64,000 nucleotides of DNA, taken from Dudresnaya verticillata. Its lineage: Eukaryota. Positions within the stretch are counted from its first letter, which is position 1. Every line of letters begins with the position of its first letter. The stretch spans positions 620,001 through 684,000 of the forward strand of contig OZ374566.1 in assembly GCA_977862235.1 (NCBI GenBank), written 5' to 3'. This document shows positions 53,784-64,000 of the stretch, in pieces. Both the position numbers and the translations under genes were made by a program. The notes beneath the pieces were generated by a model. It saw only the letters and a list, made by a program, of their open reading frames with translations, did no database searches and was not told the origin of the DNA.

Positions 53784-56153
53784 CTACACCCATTCCTCAC
53801 ACGCAGCTTCAAAGTCCCCAGTCTCTGCTATGATCTCGTATGCACGCATCATCTCCTGCCGAATAACTGTCACAGCACCCTTTTCCATCCCTCGTGATAA
53901 GTCGTGGTCGATATCAAATGGGTCTTCAATGCAGAACAAGTGCTTCGACTCCAGGCGTGGTCGTTTGGGGAACTGTATGCGCTCCCGCTTCACTGGACTG
54001 GAAGCGGCCATGATCTTGGCGGCACCATCTCCGCTTACTGCTGCGGACGCCTGCGCTTCATCTCGCAATCTCCGATCCTCCGCATCCGCCTTTTTCCGAG
54101 CCTGTAACGCAGCCTTGGCGGCTTCAAAAGCTACTTTGTACTGGCTTTGCTTGGATTCCCATTCCCTGTACACAGTCTGCTCATCCCAATTGCGAATTGC
54201 GCGAGAGGCCTTTGCTCCCAGTCGTATCGACGCAAGGTCTGTGCGGTAGCGAAACGTGTAAGCATAGTACCGAAAGAATCCAACCAAAAGCTCATGCACC
54301 GGGGTGTGGTTTGCTGACTGGAATGTTTCAGATGTCACAGTTCTGTCATAGTAAGTGTTGTACAGTTTTTGGTTGCCGTTATCAGTCATTTCCTTTGGTA
54401 GCTTGACGCCGTTCTTCACACGTTTTCCGTTGACTATTTGCTGTAAACAGGGCAGGACGGGAGGTTGCAATGTCTGCAAATAATGAATGACGAGAAGAGT
54501 ATATGCATATGAACTCAACGTACCATGGTAGGCGTCATTGAGGTCTCGTCGTTTTGCCCATTTCTTGACCAAGATGCATACGTACCGAAATCTTTCATCA
54601 AGGTCAACGTAAGCCTTCAGTAGCTCTGTATTCCTGACAGCAAGTGTATTGTTAACACATACATCCACCTGCAACTTGGAAACCGGGTCCAGCATCTTAA
54701 TGACCGGCACTCGAGCCTCGAGGACCTTTTGCAGAACAACCATCTTCTTTTCCTCCATGATAGCAGCCAAGCGCGCCAAGATGATCTTTGGTGGATCTGG
54801 CTTGCCCTTCTCCCTCCCATGGGCGGCGGCAACCTCGTCTGGCATATATAAAGACATATCTACATCAGCTGAACGCAAACCCAGACCGTTCCCCGCTGAG
54901 CCGTACACATCAATGCCCGCACCCTTCCACTCGGCTGAAATGATCTCTCTTAAGCGGGCAAGCAGACCATTCTTGACGTCCGCGTAGTCTTTTGGTGGCG
55001 TCATGAGCGGAAAGTTCTGCTCGATTTGGAGAACAAGCATGGCCTTGGCACGGTCGGAAAGCTCCTTGCACGCCGGGTTAGACGGCATGCGAATGTCCAT
55101 AACTCGTGACACGACGCGACGCCTCCCCGCGCGACGACGCTCTGGGGTATATACTGGGGTCGTCTGGCCGGCAACCTGGTTGTGATGCGAATGGTGGCGC
55201 CTGCCATGATTAGGGGGGAGACGCTTCAGTGGAGCGGGGCGTGAGCCATTGGCCGGGGTGCCGTCGGGGCCCTCCGAGAGGCGCTCAGAGTCACTATCAC
55301 TGGGATCAATGCGAGCTGCGTCCGCAAAGCGCCTGGCCAGAGAGTCATCAACGGCGACAGTTGAAGCAGATTCTGACGCCGGCGCAGATGGATCTGTACG
55401 ATCCGGGTGGGTAGCAGTGCCGTTGAGAAAGATATCCGGCGGGAACGGGGCATCTGTAGAGCCGTTCGGTGGGGGATGTGCGAGGTCGCGGTGCTTGGAC
55501 GGGTCGAAAAGGGCAGGCATGGGTGGAGTGAGAAAGGCGACGGGCGGGCCGTGCAGTGGCGGGAGGCGCTGCAGCTGGGGCAGAGCAAGGTCTGGCGACG
55601 GAGATATAGGGAGCGGCGGGAGCGGCGGGAGCGCGGACGGAGACTGTGGGGCAGGGTCCGACGTGGTGGGCGGGGAAAGGGCGGAGATGCGGTCTGCCAT
55701 GCCGAAGCGGGCGCTGTTGAGGTTGATCAGGACCGGATGAGCCGGGTCGGTGTCCGGGTGGAAAGTGAGCCCAGCATCAAAGACGGACTGGCGGAACTGA
55801 GCATTGACCACGAAGAAGTGGAAAAAGTGGCATGGGTGGGCCATGAAGGACGAGATGTGCTGCGTCCAAAGGCGGTAGATGGCGACGATGCGCGGATCGT
55901 CCCACATGGATTGGGGGTTCTGCGGTGCGGGGTTGTGTCGGTGGTTCTGGGCGGGATGCTTGCGGGGGCCGAAGCGCGGGGACCTGTCCGCGGGCTTGTT
56001 GGAGCGTTTGGGGCGGCGTGCGGGGGGCTGTTGTTGCTGGTGCTGCTCCTGGTTCTGTTGCGGCTGTTTTTGCTGTTGCTGTTGCTGCTGTTTCTGTTTC
56101 TGTTGCTGCTGCTGTTGCTGCTGTTGCTGCTGTTGCTGCTGTTGTTGCTGCCG

Positions 56154-56185
<32 letters not shown>

Positions 56186-56417
56186 GCGGTTGTGGTTGTG
56201 GTTGTTGATGTTGGTATTGATGATGTTGTTGTTGTTTTTGTTCGTTCTGTTGGTGTTCCTGTTTCTGGTGCAGCAACGGTGGCGGCGGAGACGGCGGTGG
56301 CGGGGACGGAGGCGCAGGGGCCGGGGCCGGAGCTGGGGCCGGGGGGGACGGCGGGCGGGCGGGCGGCCCCGTGGTGGCCGCGCCGGCCTTTCCGCTCACG
56401 ACAGCAGCCCACGACAT
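53784..56417 (-). CDS. Terminal uridylyltransferase (Cid1/URT1/TUT7-like) with Pro/Gln-rich N-terminus
   Basis: YGS...ADVDM, ARVPVIK, DVCVNN...RNTELL, GTLSSYAY, and IEDPFDIDHDL carrying the UTP-selecting His of Cid1-type enzymes. ATG at 56417. Confidence 0.9.
56030..56240 (-). repeat. CAA/CAG trinucleotide repeat encoding poly-Q in the TUTase
   Basis: Long tgt/tgc arrays on the plus strand. Confidence 0.9.
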
Positions 56418-57438
56418 GGCGCGCAGGCGTGGAGGCGAGGCGAGAAGCGCGGCGAGTCGGCTGGGCGCGGCGACGAAGCGGCGGGGCGGGGCGCTTCGGG
56501 ACGCCGGGGCGCGGCAGGACGCGACTGAAGCGACGGGCTGCGGGCGGAGCGACGCGCGATGCGAAGCGCTCGTGGCAACTACCGAATTACAGGCTGTAAG
56601 GACAGCGGCATCTTGACTGCGCGCGCGTGCGCTCCGTTGCGCGGCCGGGCGCTCGCTGTCCTGCCGTGCCGCATGCGAAAGCCACGGCGCAAAGTGTATC
56701 CACGGAGGGCGCTCGTCTCCGCACCTCAGCGCCGCCATCTCCGCGCCTTTTTTTTTGCACACACCAAATCGGCGCGCCGCGTCACCCGCGCCCCCGATAA
56801 TAAGATACGCCCCTGCGGCGGGCGGAGGCCGCCCTGTCGCCAACGGCTTCGCCTTCCTCACTGCCTACCCGTCCCCCCCTCCCTCGCGCGCGTCTCTGCC
56901 CCATCACTACGCAAAACGCGCCTGGTGCCGCCCTCTTTGTCTCTTCCATCTTCCTCCACCGCCGCGGAGACGCCCCGCTGGAACCGGCGCTCCGCGCGCG
57001 TGGCATCTGTCTGGCGGCCAGCGCGACGCAGAGCCGCGCCGCGACTGCACAGCCTGTCACAGAGCTGCCGGCAGCAAGCGCGCGCCCTGGCCGCGCGTCG
57101 CGCGTGCCGCCTCGCGCTGCTTGCCGCCCGATTGTCCGCCCGCCCGTGTCACACACGGCTGCATTGCTGCGCACGCATCCCGCCGCCATCAACCATCTGA
57201 GAACTCCCCTGGTGGACATCTCAGCAAAACCATCATCCCCCTGCGCCGCCCCCGGATGCCCGCCGCGGCTGCTGCGCTCCGCCAGCGGCTTGCGAGCGGA
57301 GCTCCACGCCCCCGAACGCATGACGTTTGCTCTTCAGGCTTTCACTCTGACAAGGTTTGCATTTGATGGCCGCCTGTCAGCCATGCATTACAGCAAGTAT
57401 CTTGGGCCTGGCCGAGCGCGCTGGGGCTCAGCCGGGGT

Positions 57439-57590
57439 CAGCCGGGGTTACAGAGGCGACCAGGGCGGATACCATGGGGTATACTCAGGCAAAGTACACT
57501 GCCGGACAAAACTATTCGGTACCCCGCTTTAGCAGCCGGGGTTACGGAGGCGACCAGGTAGGAGTCCCTGAGGTGTACAAAGGCAAGCGA
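57439..57590. repeat. Diverged ~94-bp direct duplication, intergenic
   Basis: cagccggggttacagaggcgaccagg at about 57439 and cagccggggttacggaggcgaccagg at about 57533, with weaker similarity downstream. Confidence 0.6.
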
Positions 57591-58068
57591 CTGTTCTTAA
57601 CTGTACTGTTATCACGACGCCTGTGTCAGAAAGGGGGACGAGGACACGCAACACACGGGAAATCAAGTTGGGACCATTCTTTCACACCCGTCCCATCCCC
57701 TGCTCACAACCCACCTAGCCTCCTCTTGTTCCCACCGCGATCCCACCGCTGTTCTTGCGACCTTGCCGATTATACTCGCCGCCATAATGCATTAATGTCC
57801 GAGCGCCTCTCGTCTTCCCGTACACCGCTACCGCGCAGTTTGCAGCGTGCACCCTAGCAAGTCTTGCATGCGTACACAACTCTGGGCAGTGTGATACTGC
57901 TGCAGGTATCGCTACTTAACGTTTACGCTACACAAAACTATTGTCAAGCCGGGCTTTAACACGGGCTCGGCAAAAACACGGCGTGTTCATACATCACATG
58001 CCATTACCACCGCACTATGCGCAGCGCTATCACCATGTGTCTCACGTCCTGCCTTCGTCATATACATT

Positions 58069-59431
58069 TCAGGCGTGGCCGATGCTGCGAATGTACGCCT
58101 CACTCCAGTCTCCTACATCTCCTGCCCCAGTCGCACAGATAATATTGTTTTCAACCACCCCGCAGACAGGTGTTTGAATTCCAGTCACATATTGCCCAAC
58201 CTCTCTCCAAGAGTCATCGAGCATGTCGTAGAACAGCACCTGCTTAGATTTGACTCGGTCGTCTTTCACCCCACCCACCACGAGAAACCCGCCAGTCCAC
58301 GCCGGAGTGCTCGCGCTCACATGCCCCACCCCAAACGGCATATCCTTCCTTCGGTACCACTTGTCCTCCTGCGCAACGTACTCGTCTAGGTTGGCCTGGT
58401 TCCCTGTTTCCTCATTCGCGCCGTGCTGCCCGCCGATGAAGAAGTACCTCCCGTTCACTTCGACGGCAGACATGTGGTTCCGCGGGTTGTCAAACTCGGC
58501 CCGCTGCTCCCACCCCTTCCATTGCTGATTCAGTCGCAGAAGGTATGTGTCTGCATGATCCACACCCTGCTCCTCCCCAGCCTCTCGGTCGGCGCCACCA
58601 GCGAAGAACAAAGCGTCCATTTTCCGGATGTACACGATAGCGCCCCCGGCGCGTCGGTGCGGTAGCGGTGGCAGGCTGCGCCATTCATCGGCTGCGAGGT
58701 CATACACAAAGCACTCCTGCACACTCGGACCAGGATGATTTCCTTCGAATCCACCGCACGTGAACAGCTTGTGGCCAACCGCCACCTGCGCCATATGTGT
58801 CAGTATCATGGGCATGTCTGCGCGTCGCTCCCACTCTGTCCCGTCTTTACCATCGTTCAACTCGAACGTGTACGTGACGTTGGTCACTTCGTAGTTAGTC
58901 TTGTAAAGATATCCTCCAGCTACCAGAAGGAACTTGCGCCCATCATGCGTAAGAATAGCTCCTTGAGCTTCGCTTACGCCGATAGGATAGTTTCTTATCG
59001 GCTTCCATTCATCCCCGAGCAGCTATTCGAGAACGCATAAAAAGGAAAACGTTGTTTGCAATTGTTCAGTTCATGATGTCCGAAACGATACGCCATGCTT
59101 GCACCGCCATCCTAACCCATAAATCGCAAAAACTCACCTTCGGAACCACTTCATCAGCCTCTTCTTTAGAGGCAGACGGGGTCGGACCATTCTCCTCGAC
59201 TACAGGTGCATGATTTTCCGGCCCCTCCGAATCTTCATGAGAATGTTCGTCTTCGCCCTCCTCCTGTCTCGAAGAGACGGAGCCACGAAAAAGGTTGGAG
59301 CCGTCCTTGCCATGGAGTGTTTTACCTTGGATTTTTCTTCTTCCCAAAAGAGGGGGGCAGGCGTCACTTTCGACAACTGCAGATACAAGGAGCAGCCCTA
59401 GGATTAGGAGCACAACGTTGGTTCTCACCAT
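58069..59431 (-). CDS. Secreted Kelch beta-propeller protein; exons 59431-59138 and 59022-58069 (415 aa)
   Basis: Signal peptide MVRTNVVLLILGLLLVSAVVES. Intron 59023-59137 (GTGAGT...TAG), phase 0. Six GG-Y/F...W Kelch-type blades. Confidence 0.85.
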
Positions 59432-61195
59432 GTTGCACCTTCGAGTGGGCAGCTCGGCAGTTTACCCTGCGGGACGAGAAGGAGTGCAGTCTCCCGACAC
59501 ACAGGAGGAACAGGACGGAATCCGGTGGGTCCTCCTGCGCTGAAACCAATATGTTTTGTGAGAATTGTTTCTTCTCCAAAATGGCCTGTACACGAAAACA
59601 TACCGAGAGGCTATCCTACTTCAGTTGGATAATGTATCGGCCCGACTACCAACCTCACTTGCTCAGCCACGGCTGAATTGCCGTTTTTGCCTTGGCCAGC
59701 CTTAAGTAACGGACTTGATGGGGGCATATTCTCTTTAAAGCTCGGATTGTCCAATTGACGTCTGGTCAAGGCCAGGCTTTTTCTCCGATATTGGGGATTA
59801 GTATATATCATGTACGAAAGCGCAAGATACGCTGTCCGGGATTTCTCATGAAGTTTTTGAAGCCTTTTAAGAGTCTTAAGGTTTTGCACTTGTCTTATTA
59901 TCACATATACTGCACAGCTGCTGAGTTCCCACCAAACACTCAACACTAATGAACAATTGTAGCGGTGATTGCAACGAGAAAATTTTTGCAGGCCGCTGAG
60001 CTGTTGGTTTAGTTTGGGAAAGAAGAACATTTCGCCAAAGATTCGGGGTTAATTGCTACATTTAGCTTGACTGTTTGTTGTTGGTTTCGCGGCAAGCAGG
60101 GTTTGACATCTAGTATCCAAAGAAGTGTACAGCTATTGATTGTTACCAATCTCTCAAACAACGTACCCATGTGGCAGCTCAAAGCATCGGTAAGAGCTAT
60201 AAATCAGGATAATGCTCTGATGCGGGGTTGGGAATCTGGGGCCGTCTCGGCCGACAGGACCAGAATAGCACTTGCAGGGATATTGTTGATAAGATCCGAG
60301 GATATCGGTCTCGTCCCTATTGCAAAAGCAAGCCAAAATTTGAAACCTTATCCGAACAATGCGCATGGTATGGATGAAGTAATTTGCAACTAGAAATGCC
60401 ACGGAGAAAGCTGCAAGCAGCTTCTGCAGCAGCTTCTGCGTCTTTACGATCGGTTTTGACTCCTCCCAAGCAAACTGCTCGGTATCCAGTCGAACAGAGC
60501 AGGCAAGTCGAAACTAGACCTGGCCAGCATTAGATTTTGACAAACAGATTCTGTGCAAGACCACATCAGTGGGTCACATCAGTCGCCTAAAGGCTGATGT
60601 GGCGCCACAGGTCATACAGCACTCATTTCGCTAAAAGCAGCATTTTCTCGTTCTCGATGCACACGCACTTTCTTTCTTCTACGGCCAACGTCGATGGGCA
60701 TGGGCCGTGCTGCATGGGCCACTCCTCAACAACAGACCACCGGTTGGGCCGTTGGGCCCTTCCGCTACGTGATTTGAGCGCGACGCCCCCACCTTCTGCC
60801 CCGAGTTTTCACATCGACGATCAACGAGTGCTGACCAACCCTTGTTTTCGGGCTCGAAGCGCGCTACGGTGGCCATGTCCAGCGCAGTGGCTAAGGTTGC
60901 CCTTTTTTTGTGCTGAGCAGTTGGTTGCTCACCTCCCACTCCTTGCGTGAGGCAGGCATCAAGTCATCCGCACGTCGACTACTAAGTGAAGGTGAGGTGA
61001 AGCGTCGGCAGCATCGGAAGTTTCTCGCCCTTCACGGAGACCTGCTCTTTTCTGTTCCACTCCTAGCTGACCTTGGCCTCTGTCCATCCCAGTGGGAGCG
61101 GAAGAGTCGCTGCCCTCTCGCCGCATGTGTGAATCCGCCAAGAGGAGTTAGCCGATGTGTCTGGTCTGAGATGCTGCGAACTTCAGCGCATTACG

Positions 61196-63700
61196 ATGGC
61201 AGAACAAGAAGCTGCTACAGCGACGATCGACAAGGGCCTGGTGGGCCTGGTGTGGTTGTTGGGCTTGGGCGCTATCGTAGTGAGCGTCTCACTGGTAGTA
61301 TTTGATTTTCTGCGAACAAGAATCCCGGACGTATACGACCGTCGGCGACGTGTTCTTCCACAGCGCGTCATGGGTATTGCAATGGATGACAGGCGCCACG
61401 AAGTGCCCCCGGCGCCATCGTTTAAGCCGTTTGCATGGATTCGTCATTGTCTGACGATAAGGGATGAATCCATAGTGGTTACGCACGGCTTGGACACTGT
61501 GATGCTCCTGCGCTTTTATCGTGAGATGGCTCAACTCACCGGCGCTCTTTCATTGTTTGTAGGGGTACTACTCCTGCCAACATACGCCACAGCTTCCAAT
61601 AAGGATCTGCCGGACTCGGACCCTCTTCGTGTCATTGGCATCCGGATCTTGTCGCTCTCGAATGTACCGGCCAAGAACTGGCGGCTATACATTGTGCTCG
61701 TCGCCGACGTGATCATCACTGTTTTTGTGCTGTGGAGGATTGCCAAGGAAGTGGCGTACCTTGCTGCCGTGCGCCGTGATTACAGAGCGAGTGAACATCC
61801 ATCAAATTACACTCTTATCGTCCAAGACATTCCGGCGACTGTTGCCACGAACGGCCAGCTGCACCAGTTCTGGCATTCGTTGTTTCCTTCCTCTCTCGAT
61901 TCTGTCAAGTTCATCCCTCATGGCACCAAGCTGGAACACTGTCGTCAGGAGTACTGGAAGGCTGTGAAGAATAGGCAGCGGGCGGAGGCATTGGTCAAGA
62001 ACCCTACTCTGCGACATCGCTTGATCAGTCAGGTCCGCCAACCGTTTCGCTCGAGAACGGCAACGCAGGCAAGCAACGAGTCCCAACTGAAGGAGCCGAA
62101 ACTTGTTATTGCTTCGTCAAGGACAATCTTGACTAGCCCCGTCAATGCTAGTTCTGGCGAGAAGCAGATTCAGACCCAGCCGCCAACCCAGCTTCTGCCC
62201 ATAGCACAACCATCTCTAGGTGAAGGTGGGAAGAAAAGCTCGGGGATCAGTAGCATTTTAGCATCCCAGTACTTGCGCCCTGCACAGCTGCGCAATGTTG
62301 CAAACAAGGTTAATCCTATTGACCCATTCCAAAACTGGATCAGCCCAGAAAATTCTGTCAAGTATTGGGAGGGCAAAGAAAGAGAAGCCTTTAACCGAGT
62401 TGACTCCTTCATCAGCAGATCTGACTCGATTGAGATAGAGAAAGCAACGAGGGCAGCGATTGTGGTTATGCGAAGTAAGCAAGAAGCCACCATGGTTGCT
62501 CAGACCAATTTTTCAACCTCTCAAATGGAATGGGTAGTCAGCCATGCACCTGACCCTGACGCGATTAACTGGAACATGTTTGGCATTGGTGCTCGCATGG
62601 TTCTGCCGCGGAGACTGATTGCCCTCTGGCTTACTACAGCTCTTATCCTATTTTGGGTTATCCCGACAGCACTCATCCAGTCACTAGCGAATGTCCAAGA
62701 GCTGAGTAAGGTTTCGGCATTCTCATGGTTGGGATTTGTGAACAATTTGGGGCCAGAGCTGTCTGGGTTTGTGGAAGGGTTGCTGCCAGCTATGGTACTG
62801 GAAGCTGTGATGATAATCGTCCCGAAGTTCATTCGCCGATTTGTCTTGTTGCAGCGCATTCCATCAAAGGTTGATGTGGAAAGGGATATCTTGAAGAAGA
62901 TGATTGCATTCCTGTACTTTTCTCATCTTATTTATGTTGTTCTATCTGGTTCGATCCTTGAGTACTCAGACGAGTTCATTCAGAACCCTTCAAACATAGT
63001 CAAAATCTTGTCAACCTCTATTCCAGAGCAGGGTACGTTTATGATGAATGTTGTGCTTCTTGCCGCTTTAGTACAGACTCCAATCTCTTTGCTACAGCCG
63101 ATACGGCTTTGTAAGAGATGGTTTGGGATGAGGAGAGCGTTGACGAAACGCGATCGAGAAGTGGTGAACAATGGCGATTCTACAAAGGATCATTTTGAAG
63201 AGTATGCCTTTGGGACGATATTCACCGTTCTTGGAGTGGTGTACTCAACCTTGTCACCTATTCTCCTGTTCATGGTAAGTGTGTTCTTCATTATCAGTTA
63301 CACTGTGCAGCGTTTTGCTCTCATATACACACACACGAAAGAGTGGGAGGGTTTCGCAGCGCTCCACGATATCGCCTTACAAGGAATCATGATAGGCTTG
63401 GTTCTCAAGCACACTACAATGGTGGGGCTAATGGGTCTTAATGGAACAGGTGTCCTGGCAGGTTTAGAATTCGCATGCGCAGGCGTGGTTGTTGCCCTTA
63501 TGGTCACGTACAAATCGCGAATGGCACCGGTTTTGGAACATGGCGCGCTTACTGATCTAGCCCAGTTGGATGAGTTCGATACGCTTCACCGGGGTATATC
63601 TGGGGCTGGGTCCGCTCTAAGTGAGGAGCGCAGTCTTGAGATTGCACAAGAAGCATATCGTCATCCTGGGCTGGCACCACTAGAAAGTTTTGAGGAATAG
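61196..63700 (+). CDS. OSCA/TMEM63/ERD4 (CSC1-like) mechanosensitive channel
   Basis: N-terminal TM, GLDTVMLLRF, YTLIVQDIP, APDPDAINWN, LILFWVIPT and many C-terminal TM helices. Confidence 0.92.
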   Translation: MAEQEAATATIDKGLVGLVWLLGLGAIVVSVSLVVFDFLRTRIPDVYDRRRRVLPQRVMGIAMDDRRHEVPPAPSFKPFAWIRHCLTIRDESIVVTHGLDTVMLLRFYREMAQLTGALSLFVGVLLLPTYATASNKDLPDSDPLRVIGIRILSLSNVPAKNWRLYIVLVADVIITVFVLWRIAKEVAYLAAVRRDYRASEHPSNYTLIVQDIPATVATNGQLHQFWHSLFPSSLDSVKFIPHGTKLEHCRQEYWKAVKNRQRAEALVKNPTLRHRLISQVRQPFRSRTATQASNESQLKEPKLVIASSRTILTSPVNASSGEKQIQTQPPTQLLPIAQPSLGEGGKKSSGISSILASQYLRPAQLRNVANKVNPIDPFQNWISPENSVKYWEGKEREAFNRVDSFISRSDSIEIEKATRAAIVVMRSKQEATMVAQTNFSTSQMEWVVSHAPDPDAINWNMFGIGARMVLPRRLIALWLTTALILFWVIPTALIQSLANVQELSKVSAFSWLGFVNNLGPELSGFVEGLLPAMVLEAVMIIVPKFIRRFVLLQRIPSKVDVERDILKKMIAFLYFSHLIYVVLSGSILEYSDEFIQNPSNIVKILSTSIPEQGTFMMNVVLLAALVQTPISLLQPIRLCKRWFGMRRALTKRDREVVNNGDSTKDHFEEYAFGTIFTVLGVVYSTLSPILLFMVSVFFIISYTVQRFALIYTHTKEWEGFAALHDIALQGIMIGLVLKHTTMVGLMGLNGTGVLAGLEFACAGVVVALMVTYKSRMAPVLEHGALTDLAQLDEFDTLHRGISGAGSALSEERSLEIAQEAYRHPGLAPLESFEE

Positions 63701-64000
63701 GGTTAGGTTTTGTTTGGGAGACGGGGAAGGGCAAGCAAACACAAACCCTATTTTGCATGGAACTGCCTCCTTAGAGCAGTCTATGAGCACTTGATGCATT
63801 CCCAGACCGGTTTCCAAGATTCACTGTTGAAATCTGTACATGGCAGCAGGCGGCACAAGGGGTCACCATTCTGACAACTATACATGGCTGACACCAAAAG
63901 CTGTGATTTTGGAATGCTCTGTTTGAGCTAGAAAAACAAGCCCCGACTTCAGATCTCCCGTCGCATGTATTCGTGCATGGCCAGAAGTTGCTGTCTTGAT

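Noticed and set aside
49884..56417. TERT plus TUTase as a functional telomerase-RNA-processing cluster
   Set aside because: Convergent adjacency in a gene-dense eukaryotic genome is weak evidence, and the enzyme is of the Cid1/URT1 type rather than Trf4/PAPD5. Conserved synteny would be needed.
55407..56599. Poly-Cys, poly-Leu, poly-Thr and poly-Val ORFs
   Set aside because: Alternative frames and antisense of the CAA/CAG poly-Q repeat.

Overview
Compact, intron-poor eukaryotic nuclear DNA, most likely from a multicellular red alga. This is an inference from a nuclear psaO, plastid transit peptides, and rare ~100-150 bp GT-AG introns with CTAAC-like branch points. About 20 protein genes are supported: ABCG half-transporter, PsaO, LSD1-type zinc-finger protein, SWI3/SMARCC, ITPase, SRP receptor beta, plastid ascorbate peroxidase, PDI, TSR2, plastid CarB, a very long plant-like cryptochrome, CHD1, a small Mim1-like membrane protein, BLOS2, a double COG0523/CobW protein, a low-complexity orphan, single-exon TERT, a Cid1/URT1-type TUTase, a secreted Kelch protein and an OSCA/TMEM63 channel. 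The most notable feature is the cryptochrome. It has lost several CPD-repair residues and ends in a domain resembling an RFX/D5-type winged helix, making it a candidate single-chain blue-light-regulated transcription factor. A decayed tandem duplicate of its 5' part and promoter lies next to it. Other candidates are a pseudo-GTPase plus active GTPase COG0523 fusion and a Mim1-like protein outside fungi. All assignments come from reading motifs by eye; no database searches were run.
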